NCBI GenBank assembly: GCA_040755855.1
Contig: JBFMAD010000008.1
Location: 32,001 to 96,000 of the forward strand
Direction: 5' to 3'
Origin: Planctomycetota bacterium
GTDB taxonomy: Bacteria; Planctomycetota; Brocadiia; JAADGH01
DNA length: 64,000 nucleotides
Shown: piece after piece, positions 1 through 9,370 of the stretch
Layout: the number at the start of each line of letters is the position of its first letter
Numbering within the stretch: the first letter of the stretch is position 1
The notes under the pieces: generated by a model
Told to the model about the DNA's origin: nothing
The model's database searches: none
The model's input: only the letters and a program-made list of their open reading frames with translations
Program-made: the position numbers and the translations under genes

Positions 1-161
1 CAGAATGGATCGAGGTGGATATATCTCCCCGGGGGGAGCTGACGCCGCCCGTTCGCCTCCGTCCATCCCCGCAGGTCGTGGACGCAGATTCTCAACCCGG
101 AGATCTTTTCCATCTCCCCAAATAGCACTTCCAGGGGAGTAAATAGAGTTACTGATCTCAT
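1..161 (-). CDS. 5' part of a probable transcriptional regulator (PocR-like sensor domain, possibly AraC family); runs off the window
   Basis: Not in the ORF track. ATG at 161 opens MRSVTLFTPLEVLFGEMEKISGLRICVHDLRGW...YIHLDPF, open to base 1. It resembles PocR-type N-termini, is divergent from the amidohydrolase and has a promoter-like site upstream. Confidence 0.55.
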   Translation of the reverse strand, partial: MRSVTLFTPLEVLFGEMEKISGLRICVHDLRGWTEANGRRQLPPGRYIHLDPF

Positions 162-206
162 AGGATTCCCTCGATGTTAGTCCAATAAAGCTGAAATTGT
201 AGCAGT

Positions 207-235
207 ATTATCCAGATAAATGACCGAGTTGTCAA
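207..235 (-). promoter_or_regulatory. sigma70-like promoter for the leftward regulator gene
   Basis: Minus strand TTGACA-17 bp-GATAAT. Confidence 0.6.
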
Positions 236-254
236 GGAAGATCGCCATGCGGAA

Positions 255-263
255 TGCTATACT
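255..263 (+). promoter_or_regulatory. extended -10 element upstream of amidohydrolase
   Basis: TGC-TATACT with no obvious -35. Confidence 0.4.
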
Positions 264-302
264 TGTGGTGTGCTTGAGGTAATCTTATTAAGGAGGAGAG
301 GT

Positions 303-1511
303 ATGGATGAATACAAGGTCGTCCTGCATGGCATGTTGATTGACGGCTGCGGCGGCAATCCAGTTCCCGACAGCGCGGTGGTCATCCGAGGCAAACAGAT
401 CGAAGCCGTCGGCAAGGCGAGCGAGGTGGATATCCCCGGCAACGCGGAGATCATTGATGCGGCGGGCAAGGCCGTCATGCCCGGCATCATCGAGGGTCAT
501 GCCCACGTAGGCGGCGACGCAAACGCGCAACGGGTGCTCCGCCTGTCCCTCCAGCGCGGCATTACCACGGTGTGCAGCGTGTCGGCCAATACATCGGGCA
601 TCAAGCTGCGCGACGACATCGAATCGGGCCTGGTGCGCGGCTGTGCGCGACTTGTAGCGGGGTGCATCGTCACGTGCACGAACGGACACGTGAAGTTCCG
701 CACCGCCGACGGGCCATGGGAGGTGCGCAAGGCGGTGCGAGAGATGGTAATGGCCGGGGCGGACTTCATCAAGACTGCCGCGTCGGGGGGCTTCGCCGGG
801 AAGCACGAGGCCTGCGCCTCCCCGAACTATACGCCCGAGGAGCTAACCGCCTTGACTTCCGAGGCCCACGCCTGGGGCAGGCCCGCGGTAGTGCACTGCC
901 ACACGCAGCCGGGGCTGAGTTATTGCATCGAAGCCGCCATTGACCAGATCCATCATGGGGCGTTTATTGATGACGCCGCCGTCCGAGGGATCAAGGAAAA
1001 GGACCTCTTCTATATGCCCACCTTATCGGTGACATGCGACCGAAATATCGAGGGCCTTGCCGACCAGCCCTGGCAGACGAAGGAGATGAAGGAGTCGCAG
1101 CAGATTCACCGCGCCGGCGTGCGCCTGGCACATAAACTTGGCGTGAAGCTCTGCGTCGGGACGGATTATCCCGGCAATCCCCGGAGCTGGGACTACGGCG
1201 ACCGCACGATGTTTGAACTGCAAGAACTTGTGCGATGCGGCCTGAAGCCGATGGAGGCCATCGTCGCCGCCACGCGGAACAATGCCGCGGCTTATGGTCG
1301 GCTCGCCGATTTGGGCGCCATCGAACCGGGCAAGCGGGCGGACATCCTCGTCGTCACGGGCGATCCGTCGGAGGACGTTGGTGTGCTGTATGAGGCTGGC
1401 AACATCAATATCGTCATGAAGGACGGCGTGGTGGAGTCCACCGACGAGGAGCACAAGCGGTATTACCGAATGAGGGAGGACGTCGCACGCGGCCCGAGGC
1501 CGGCCGAATAA
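303..1511 (+). CDS. metal-dependent amidohydrolase (Xaa-Pro dipeptidase-like)
   Basis: PGIIEGHAH (HxH), GADFIK, GTD and G.IEPGKRADI motifs; AGGAGG SD before ATG 303. Confidence 0.85.
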   Translation: MDEYKVVLHGMLIDGCGGNPVPDSAVVIRGKQIEAVGKASEVDIPGNAEIIDAAGKAVMPGIIEGHAHVGGDANAQRVLRLSLQRGITTVCSVSANTSGIKLRDDIESGLVRGCARLVAGCIVTCTNGHVKFRTADGPWEVRKAVREMVMAGADFIKTAASGGFAGKHEACASPNYTPEELTALTSEAHAWGRPAVVHCHTQPGLSYCIEAAIDQIHHGAFIDDAAVRGIKEKDLFYMPTLSVTCDRNIEGLADQPWQTKEMKESQQIHRAGVRLAHKLGVKLCVGTDYPGNPRSWDYGDRTMFELQELVRCGLKPMEAIVAATRNNAAAYGRLADLGAIEPGKRADILVVTGDPSEDVGVLYEAGNINIVMKDGVVESTDEEHKRYYRMREDVARGPRPAE

Positions 1512-1547
1512 TTCATAGTGAAACTTTTTGCCAGGGGCATCCCCGAA

Positions 1548-1576
1548 TTGACTTTGGCCCCGGCATTCGCTATCCT
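1548..1576 (+). promoter_or_regulatory. sigma70-like promoter
   Basis: TTGACT-17-TATCCT upstream of the GNAT gene. Confidence 0.5.
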
Positions 1577-1614
1577 CTCCGCGAAGGGTTGATCGCTGTG
1601 AAAGGACCTTCCGG

Positions 1615-2832
1615 ATGACGATAAGCCATATTGAGATTCGGGCCATGAAATCCGGGGATGAGATTCCGCTCATCGCCGATATGCTCGGCAAAAGTTTCCA
1701 GCAGGGCTATCAGACGAGCTGGGAGCAGGCGCATCGGGCTCACTCCACCTCCCCGTACTTTGACCCCAAATACACCCGCCTGGCCATTCGGGATGGCGAG
1801 ATCGTTGGACATATTCGGATCCAACCGAACACCTTCCAGCTCGGCGCGGCGAGTCTGTGGGTCGGGGGGATTGGCGATGTAACGACGCACTTCCGCCATA
1901 GAAAGGAAGGCATCGCCGCGGCGGCCATGAACGACGCCGTCGCCTTCATGGAGAGAGAGGGTTTCGATCTCTCTATCCTCTTCGGCATCCCAAACTTCTA
2001 CCATCGCTTCGGCTTCATTCCCGTTATCCCTCCCTCTCCGATACTGACCCTGGATCGGGAAGCTGTGGATGGCTTGAAGCAGGGGCATCCATGCCGACGG
2101 TTCCGCGAGGCGGATATTCCCAGGCTCCATGCCTTCAAGAGCAAGTACGACCCGCTCGACACGCTCTCCGTGCGCCGCACGCCGGCGCACTGGCGATATC
2201 GCCTGAGCCGATGGGTCGGCAGTCCACTGTTCTATGACGAGAGAGGCCGTCTGGTCGGATATGCGCAGATATCTGCCGAGCAGGATCAGATTCGAGTGCA
2301 TGAGGTGGTGGCCGCGCCGGACGAGGGGGTGTATGCCGGTATTCTGAAGGAAACCGCTCGGCGCGCCCGCAAGCAGGTCGTCCGGCGGATCGTCCTGCAG
2401 ATTCCGCCGGACCACCCGATGACGGACTACTGCATTCGTCTTGGATGCCAACTCACCCTGGCCTACCACAAAAACTCGGACGGAATGGGACGGATCATCA
2501 ATTTGAGATCCTTTGCGCAAAAGATGTTGCCCGAATGGAACCGGCTGCTTGCGCAATCTGATCTTGCGACGAAGGATGCCTCGCTGGCGATCTCCGTGGA
2601 TGAAACGGTGATTCGGCTTGCGGCGAAGAAGGGATGCCTGGTTCTCGATGGAGAGTCGCGTGCGGCGCGACATGCCCTGCGATTGACGGAGCAGGAGTTC
2701 TTGCAGTCGGCGGTCGGCTATATCGGTCTGGGTTCGCGGACCGGCGAGTTGCGTGACGCCCATTCGCGGCGCATGGCAGGGATTTTGTTCCCCAAACGTT
2801 ATCCCTACCTGTGGCGTACGGACGGCTTCTGA
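1615..2832 (+). CDS. Eis-like GNAT acetyltransferase (tandem GNAT plus SCP-like C-terminus)
   Basis: GGIGDVTTHFRHRKEGIA acetyl-CoA loop, LFGIPNFYHRFGF, and C-terminal LFP...W..DGF. Confidence 0.8.
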   Translation: MTISHIEIRAMKSGDEIPLIADMLGKSFQQGYQTSWEQAHRAHSTSPYFDPKYTRLAIRDGEIVGHIRIQPNTFQLGAASLWVGGIGDVTTHFRHRKEGIAAAAMNDAVAFMEREGFDLSILFGIPNFYHRFGFIPVIPPSPILTLDREAVDGLKQGHPCRRFREADIPRLHAFKSKYDPLDTLSVRRTPAHWRYRLSRWVGSPLFYDERGRLVGYAQISAEQDQIRVHEVVAAPDEGVYAGILKETARRARKQVVRRIVLQIPPDHPMTDYCIRLGCQLTLAYHKNSDGMGRIINLRSFAQKMLPEWNRLLAQSDLATKDASLAISVDETVIRLAAKKGCLVLDGESRAARHALRLTEQEFLQSAVGYIGLGSRTGELRDAHSRRMAGILFPKRYPYLWRTDGF

Positions 2833-2923
2833 GGAGAAAGTCTGAAAACGTTTGACGGCGCAACGGCGAATATGCGATAATAAAGCGGCGTATAGAACGC
2901 GAGAGGAGACAGAGGAGGAACGG

Positions 2924-4087
2924 ATGAAATACTCAAAGATTTCGCTGGCGGCGCTTGCCGTCTTGTTCCTTTTCGCCGGTTCATCGCTTGCGCAGAAGAA
3001 AAAGTCAAAAGTTCCCGACGCGGCCGAGACGATCTATCTGCCTACGCAGCCTGATCTGCTCCGAGATCGCCCGGAGAATTACGAGGGGCGAAACCTGCGG
3101 GTGCTGGATAAGTACGGCGCAGTGCCCAATCCCGACACGTTGTCCCGCTCGGCGGTCAAAGCGGGATGGGACCCGGCGGTGTATCACATCTTCGACACAT
3201 CTCATCTGACATCGGAGATGCGATGCTACGTGAAGCTCAGCGACAGGCAGGTCGTGGATGTGGCCAAAGGACTGGCCGAGGGCGAGACGATCACTCTCTT
3301 CGGAAAACTGAAAGAGGTCGAAAGCCGCAAGGTGGGTCGTGAGCTGCGATTTGAGGTGCACTACATCGAACGCGGCCACAAACCAAAGACAGTCCTCACC
3401 CTCGAATTCGCCGCCGACAAGATGGAGAGGAAACTCTACCGCATCTGGGAACCGAGGCAATACGAAGTGGTCTATCCCCCCGCAAAAAATCAGCAGGAAG
3501 AAAAACAAAACGCCTTCTGGATTGACGTCGCCTACAAGACGGACCAGGTTCCCCCGACGAAGCAGGAAGCAGGCAAGGCGTCGAAGGCCTATGCGCCGGT
3601 GGACTCCACCCTCGTTGCGTCCGAAACGAAGCAATACGTGGGCAAGAACCTTCTGGTGAAGGACATCTTCGACTCTCTGACGGACAGGTTTCCGAAGTCG
3701 GCCCGCGACCTCGGCTTCAAGCCCGCGACGCACCTGCTGTTTCGAACCCCATCCACGGGAAAGGGATCGGACCTTTACTGTTACCTTCCGCGCACCGAGC
3801 CGTTCTACTGCGATCTCGTCGAGGCGCTGGTGCAAAACGTGAACATTACGCTGCGCGGCACGCTGGTCGCCTATGACGAGGCCACGCTGCTGAGGGCAAA
3901 GCACTTTCTCGTTGACCAGGTGGACGTCGGCTGGGAGGACAAACCGGCCGTCGAGATCAAATTCAGCACGAAAAGAGAAGGGCCGTGGAAGGGCTTTCGC
4001 TTCTACAAGCCATACCTCTATCTGATCCCCTTCCCGCCGTGGGCGCAGCAGGAGGCGTTTACGCTCAAAATGAGGTGCATCTATTGA
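2924..4087 (+). CDS. secreted hypothetical protein with two tandem OB-fold-like repeats
   Basis: Signal peptide MKYSKISLAALAVLFLFAGSSLA; GGAGG SD; internal duplication; TTGACG-18-GATAAT upstream at 2852-2881. Confidence 0.7.
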   Translation: MKYSKISLAALAVLFLFAGSSLAQKKKSKVPDAAETIYLPTQPDLLRDRPENYEGRNLRVLDKYGAVPNPDTLSRSAVKAGWDPAVYHIFDTSHLTSEMRCYVKLSDRQVVDVAKGLAEGETITLFGKLKEVESRKVGRELRFEVHYIERGHKPKTVLTLEFAADKMERKLYRIWEPRQYEVVYPPAKNQQEEKQNAFWIDVAYKTDQVPPTKQEAGKASKAYAPVDSTLVASETKQYVGKNLLVKDIFDSLTDRFPKSARDLGFKPATHLLFRTPSTGKGSDLYCYLPRTEPFYCDLVEALVQNVNITLRGTLVAYDEATLLRAKHFLVDQVDVGWEDKPAVEIKFSTKREGPWKGFRFYKPYLYLIPFPPWAQQEAFTLKMRCIY

Positions 4088-4122
4088 CGCGACGTGCGTC
4101 GGAGAGGAAACCCCTCGCACAT

Positions 4123-4310
4123 TGTTCAGGGCAAAATTCACATTGGACACATAATACCACCCTTCCTGTCTTCAGGGAGGGTGGTATCGGCAAAAGATAA
4201 TTTCCCGGAGCGACGCGGACCTTCATCGGCAGGATCACGTTCGATTTCGCGGGAAAAAATGTGTCCAATGTGAATTTTGCCCCTGGGTTGCGGGCGTTGC
4301 CCGCGTTAGG
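4123..4310. repeat. structured dispersed element, copy 1 (24-bp inverted repeat plus inner hairpin)
   Basis: GGGCAAAATTCACATTGGACACAT (4129-4152) / ATGTGTCCAATGTGAATTTTGCCC (4259-4282); hairpin 4154-4187; homologous to 54806-54992. Confidence 0.9.
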
Positions 4311-4324
4311 TTAAGGAGATTGGC

Positions 4325-5062
4325 ATGAAGGCAAGAAGACGGGGTTGGAGTTGGCTCGTTATCGGGTTGGTTGTCGCGGTCTGCACGGCGGCGGTGGCGG
4401 AGGACCTCTACTACGAATCCTCCATGCAGACGTCGGGGATGCAGGGCATGCAGCCCATGACCATGATGCAGAAGGTCTGGATGACCAAGGGCAAGGTGAA
4501 GGTCGAGATGACCGGCGGCCCCATGCCCATGAAAGTCATCCTCCGCACAGATGTTCAGAAGATGTACATGATCATGGACGCACAGCGCTCCTATATGGAA
4601 ATGCCGATCTCACAGATGGCTGGCATGGCCGCCGGCATGGCCCAGCAGATGCAGATCAATGTGCAAAAGACCGGCAACACCCGCCAGATCGGGGAGTGGA
4701 ACTGCCAGGAGTACATCATCACCGCGACAGGCCCCATGCCCATGAAAATCACGTCCTGGGTCACCACGGACGTCACCGTGGACAAGGCCATGATGGCCGA
4801 GATGGAGCAGGCCATGGGGAGCAATCCCGCCATGAAGGCCCTTAGCGAAAAGACCAAGGAGATCGAGGGATTCCCGATCGAGCAGATCGTCGAGATGAAC
4901 ATGATGGGCCAGCAGATGACGACGAAGATGACCGTCAGCAAGATCCAGCAGGGCCCCGTGCCGGCGGATGCGTTTGATCTCCCCGCCGGGTACCAGAAGA
5001 TGGACATGCCGGCGATGCCCCCGGGCGGGGCGCCCCAGGGCGGAGGCATGCAGCCGCAATAG
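4325..5062 (+). CDS. secreted DUF4412-like protein, very Met-rich
   Basis: Signal peptide; KTG.T..IG..NC.EY and C-terminal AFDLPAGY motifs; AAGGAG SD. Confidence 0.75.
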   Translation: MKARRRGWSWLVIGLVVAVCTAAVAEDLYYESSMQTSGMQGMQPMTMMQKVWMTKGKVKVEMTGGPMPMKVILRTDVQKMYMIMDAQRSYMEMPISQMAGMAAGMAQQMQINVQKTGNTRQIGEWNCQEYIITATGPMPMKITSWVTTDVTVDKAMMAEMEQAMGSNPAMKALSEKTKEIEGFPIEQIVEMNMMGQQMTTKMTVSKIQQGPVPADAFDLPAGYQKMDMPAMPPGGAPQGGGMQPQ

Positions 5063-5088
5063 GACCTCCCGTCAAGCGACGCAACGCG

Positions 5089-5120
5089 AACGGCCCGGCC
5101 TGCGCCGGGCCGTTTACTTT
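5089..5120 (+). terminator. rho-independent terminator
   Basis: 11-bp stem AACGGCCCGGC/GCCGGGCCGTT, 4-nt loop, followed by TACTTT. Confidence 0.7.
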
Positions 5121-5165
5121 ACAAATTTCAGGACACAAGGCATAGACAGGATTTCGGAGAGACCG

Positions 5166-7217
5166 GTGAACTCTACAAAGATATTCGCATTGCTTTTGGG
5201 GTGCCTTCTGATGGCGCGCGTAAGACCGTCGCCCGCCCAGGAAGGGCCTGCACCGAGAGAGGCGCAGACCGCAGAACCCGAACCGACCGCCGGCGATGAG
5301 AAGGCAAAGGTGGTCGCAAAGATCGCCCGGTGGCGCGACAACAAGGCCGCCGCCGTCAGCCTTCGGTTCGACGATTCGCACCCCTCGCACATCCTCATCG
5401 CCGTGCCTCTCCTGACGAAGCACGAAATGGTCGGAACCTTTCTGATCAATCCGGGGAATGGTACATACCGGGAATATAAGGACAAATGGGAGACGGAGGC
5501 GATCCAGGGCGGGCACGAGTTCGGCAACCACACCATGCACCATCGCGGCGCGAAGGACGACGAGGAGGCCGACCGCGAGATCGGCGAATGCAGCGAGTAC
5601 ATCTGGAGGCTCTTCCCCGGCAAGAGCAAGCTGCTCGCCTTCCGGTCCGGCGGGGGAACGACATGGAATATCAAGAGGCCCATGGCAGAATACATGCAGA
5701 AGTGGCGCCTCGTTCATGAGCCGAACAGCAGAGGAGTGGCTTCGCCGGACGCGGGTCCTCCGTATGTCGTGAACATGCAGATGTTCCGGGAGCGCGTCGA
5801 GCAGGCGATCACGGATTGCCAATGGGTCACGTTCTATTACCACCAGATCGGGGTCGAAAAGGGTCTCAACATCAGTGCGCAGACGTTCCGGGAACAGATG
5901 AACTACCTCCGCTCGAAGCGCAAGGAGGCATGGTTTGGCGGCATCGCGCAGGTGCATAAGTATCAGGAGGAGCGGCGGCGGGCGAAGATCGCGGTACAGG
6001 AGATCGAGCCGTTCAAGATCAAGATAGACATAGCGTGCGAGACCGATCCGACGCTCTACGCCCAGCCCCTGACCGTCTGGGCGCGGCTCCCGCAGAAATG
6101 GCCGCTCAATGACATCCAGGCGCTCGATGCCGACGGCAATCCGATCCCCATGCGGCGGCGCTCCGATGCATGGCACGAGCCGATGCTATCCGTCCCGCCG
6201 ACGAACGGCACCTACTACATCCACGTCGTGGACCCGCTTCAAGGCAGGACGCCGCCGAAACTGCCGGAAGAATCCGAGCGGGTAGTGAAGGACGAAGCCA
6301 CCGGCCTTGAAGCGACGATCTGCAAGTGGTTCGACGGCAGACGGGCGGCACTCAGCCTCCGCTTCGACGACTCTCATCCCACCCATATCCTCAAGGCGGT
6401 TCCGATCCTCCGCGAGTACGGCTTCAAGGGAACATTCATCATCATTCCGGCCGGCGCATCCTACCAGAAGCATAAGACCGAATGGGAGGCGTGCGCGAAA
6501 CAGGGCGACCAGGAATTCGGCAACCACACGATGCACCACCACGGCGCGAAGAATGATGACGAAGTCGAGTATGAGATTGGGGAATGCTCCCGGTACATCT
6601 GGTCCCTTTTTCCCAACAAGAGCAAGCTGCTCACCTTCTGCACCGGCGGCGGCACCACATGGACGATGACGAAGCCGCTTCGTTACTGGCTGGACAAGTA
6701 TCATCTCGATCCCATGGCTGGGGCGTTGTCCCTGGCCGATGTCTACGGCGGCAGGGTCAAGGCATTCCAGGATCGCCTGGCCATCGCCCTGGAGAAGGGC
6801 GAGTGGATGCGCACCGTCTATCACCAGGTCGGAGACCCCAGCGGACTTGGCATCAGCGAGGAGAACTTCCGCGCCATCCAGGAAATCACGAAACAACATA
6901 CCGGCGATCTTTGGGTGGCCGGCATGGCGGAGATCTTCAAGTATCAGGAGGAGCGCAAGGCGTCGAAACTCTCCATAAGAAGCCTCGGAGAGAGGAGAGT
7001 CGAGATTGCGCTCACCTGCCTGACGGACAAGGAACTGTATGATCAGCCTCTAACGCTTCAGTTGACACTGCCCACGGACTGGGAGGCGGGTCGCATCAAA
7101 GTGACGGACGCCGGCGGCAAGGAGATCCCCACTCGCGCCGCGGCGGTTGGCGGCAGGCCGGTCGTCCGCTTTGACGCGCCTGCCGTCGGCGGGCGGCTGA
7201 TCGTCACCGGCGGCTGA
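5166..7217 (+). CDS. secreted polysaccharide deacetylase (CE4/NodB-like) with two tandem catalytic domains
   Basis: Two copies of SLRFDDSHP, EFGNHTMHH and (F/V)YH; GTG 5166 after GGAGA; signal peptide. Confidence 0.8.
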   Translation: MNSTKIFALLLGCLLMARVRPSPAQEGPAPREAQTAEPEPTAGDEKAKVVAKIARWRDNKAAAVSLRFDDSHPSHILIAVPLLTKHEMVGTFLINPGNGTYREYKDKWETEAIQGGHEFGNHTMHHRGAKDDEEADREIGECSEYIWRLFPGKSKLLAFRSGGGTTWNIKRPMAEYMQKWRLVHEPNSRGVASPDAGPPYVVNMQMFRERVEQAITDCQWVTFYYHQIGVEKGLNISAQTFREQMNYLRSKRKEAWFGGIAQVHKYQEERRRAKIAVQEIEPFKIKIDIACETDPTLYAQPLTVWARLPQKWPLNDIQALDADGNPIPMRRRSDAWHEPMLSVPPTNGTYYIHVVDPLQGRTPPKLPEESERVVKDEATGLEATICKWFDGRRAALSLRFDDSHPTHILKAVPILREYGFKGTFIIIPAGASYQKHKTEWEACAKQGDQEFGNHTMHHHGAKNDDEVEYEIGECSRYIWSLFPNKSKLLTFCTGGGTTWTMTKPLRYWLDKYHLDPMAGALSLADVYGGRVKAFQDRLAIALEKGEWMRTVYHQVGDPSGLGISEENFRAIQEITKQHTGDLWVAGMAEIFKYQEERKASKLSIRSLGERRVEIALTCLTDKELYDQPLTLQLTLPTDWEAGRIKVTDAGGKEIPTRAAAVGGRPVVRFDAPAVGGRLIVTGG

Positions 7218-7246
7218 ATCGGGAACGCGCAACGGAACCGCCCTAA

Positions 7247-9370
7247 GTGAAGGAAAAGAAAATGAGAAATCTGTCCGCAGCAAACATGGTGGCAGTCTGC
7301 CTCTGGTTGACGTCCCTGCTTCCTCTCGATGGGCAGGAGGGAGAGTCCCGCGCCGGTTCGTCCTGGGATGTGCTGGAGAAGCACAATCTGGATATCATTC
7401 CTGCCCCCAAGCAAATAGAGGTTGGAGATGGAGACGTAACACTCGCCGCAGACAACAAGGCCGCGGCAGTCCTCGTTCTTGGGGAGACGGAAGAACGGAA
7501 ATGCGTCATCGGCGCGCAGGAGATCAACAAGACAGTGAAACAGATGTCCAATCTCGAACTGCCTGTGGAGAAGCATCTGCCGGGCGAGACCGCGAAGAAA
7601 CAGACGCTAATACTCATCGGGACGCCGGACGGCAACGAACTCGTCAAGCAATATTCCCAATCGCACAAGATCAGCCTGAACAAAGAATCGCTGGGCGACC
7701 AGGGATATGTCATCCGGTTTGTGCGAGATGAAGATGGGAGACGGGTCGTGCTGCTTGCGGGCGGCGATTCCCAGGGCGCTCTTTATGCTTGTGTCACTTT
7801 CTGCCGTCTGATGAAAGTCCGCAATGGCGCCCTCATCGCGGTGCAAGCGAACATCATGGATAGACCGGACTACAGCCGCCGGATGCTGTGGAGGATCACA
7901 TCTCCCGCGGGGGCCAAGGAGACAATAGATCACGCCCTCCGTTGCAAGACGAACTTCATATTCGGTCCGGGGGCTGCGGAGGTGGAGGCGAAGTTTTTCT
8001 CCAAGATCGCTTCGACCCCGGAACTTGCCAGAGCGTGGAAGGAGATCAATCAGTACGCCCAGGAACGCGGGGTGCGGATCGTCTTTGGCGGGTGGTGGGC
8101 GTTGGATACGGCGCCCACGCAGGCCAGGATCGGAAGCCGGGACTACTTCTACTATCCGGTTGACCGCGAGGACAGGACGATGATCGGCCACAGGGGACTG
8201 CTCTTCTGTTGGAGTCATGAGGCGCTCATCAACAAACGACGCGAGGAGATACGCCAGTTTATAAGAGCTACCGGGGCCAAGGCGTTCTATCTGCATCCGG
8301 TGGACGGAGGAGGTCCCGATGATCCCGAGTTCTGGAGCAAGCGCTGCCAGGGATGCAGGACGAAGTACGGCGACGACCGAGCTGCCGCAGACGCCCATAT
8401 GATAAACAGTTGGTACTCGGCCATGAAGGAAGAGGACAAGGATGTGATCTTTGCGACCGTGGTCTACCCCTATGTTCCTCGCTTCTTGGAACGACCTGCC
8501 GGCAAACAATGGCTTGGCAGGCTGTCCGGCCTGATCCCCGACGACGTGCACATCTGCCTCAGGGAAGCGCCGAGAGACCAGGTGTCGCTGTGGCGAGAGG
8601 TGGAAAAACAACCTTTGCTCATGTATCAGGAGGCCTACTATCTCCACTGGGCCCTCAGGCTGCCCTTTGTCTCCCAGTTCAGGTATGCCCGGACGTTCTA
8701 CTTTCCGTCGGACGACCGAAAGGATATCTACTGGTACAATGTCTCCGCCATAGGGTACGAGGATCTTATCGCCCCTCAACTTCTGGGCGCGGCGGAATTT
8801 GCCTGGAACAGCGATTCTCCCGGCGCTGAATCCTTTGGCGAGGAAAGCGGGAAGTGGAGCGATGTCCTGGGCCCCTCCGCGCCGATCAGCAACCGGCTGC
8901 TGCCCAGGATATGCCGCGTCCTTTACGGACCCGAGGCCGCCGCGGAAATGCAGGAACTGCTGACGGCGAATCTGAGTCCCTATCTGATTGCCATGCGTCC
9001 GCCTCTACAGAGCAGGCCGGGGCAGTACCTCGCCGGCGTGGACGCCGAATACTTGCAGGCCAAGATGAACGAGGCCGGGAAGATGGTGAAGTTGTTGACG
9101 CAGGCCAGAGGCAGGGTAAGGCCGGAACATAGATCCGCCTTCGACTGCCAGCTTGCCCATGCGATTGCAGCCAAATACTTGCTCGATGCGCGGCTTCGGT
9201 TGGAGAAGCTGGGAGAGACAGATTCCCCGTCGGCCCAGAAGGAATACGCGAAAATAGAGCGCCTGCTGGCCGAGGGCACCGAGGAACTTCGAAAGCAGGG
9301 ACTGGACAAGAGCCATGTGAACTTCGAAGAGCTGTCCAGCCGCCTGATGCAAGGCAGGATGCCGGGCTAA
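7247..9370 (+). CDS. secreted glycoside hydrolase-like protein (GH20 zincin-like N-domain plus TIM barrel, hexosaminidase-like)
   Basis: IIPAPKQ, LGDQGYVI, LAGGDSQGALYACVT, DRPDYSRR and AEFAWN motifs; start may be 7262. Confidence 0.65.
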   Translation: MKEKKMRNLSAANMVAVCLWLTSLLPLDGQEGESRAGSSWDVLEKHNLDIIPAPKQIEVGDGDVTLAADNKAAAVLVLGETEERKCVIGAQEINKTVKQMSNLELPVEKHLPGETAKKQTLILIGTPDGNELVKQYSQSHKISLNKESLGDQGYVIRFVRDEDGRRVVLLAGGDSQGALYACVTFCRLMKVRNGALIAVQANIMDRPDYSRRMLWRITSPAGAKETIDHALRCKTNFIFGPGAAEVEAKFFSKIASTPELARAWKEINQYAQERGVRIVFGGWWALDTAPTQARIGSRDYFYYPVDREDRTMIGHRGLLFCWSHEALINKRREEIRQFIRATGAKAFYLHPVDGGGPDDPEFWSKRCQGCRTKYGDDRAAADAHMINSWYSAMKEEDKDVIFATVVYPYVPRFLERPAGKQWLGRLSGLIPDDVHICLREAPRDQVSLWREVEKQPLLMYQEAYYLHWALRLPFVSQFRYARTFYFPSDDRKDIYWYNVSAIGYEDLIAPQLLGAAEFAWNSDSPGAESFGEESGKWSDVLGPSAPISNRLLPRICRVLYGPEAAAEMQELLTANLSPYLIAMRPPLQSRPGQYLAGVDAEYLQAKMNEAGKMVKLLTQARGRVRPEHRSAFDCQLAHAIAAKYLLDARLRLEKLGETDSPSAQKEYAKIERLLAEGTEELRKQGLDKSHVNFEELSSRLMQGRMPG

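Noticed and set aside
3985..4268. Short ORFs across the two-copy element (for example ...LCVQCEFCP, a CxxCxxC pattern seen in both copies)
   Set aside because: The peptide similarity follows from the nucleotide repeat. The open frames and starts differ between copies, and the substitutions preserve base pairing.
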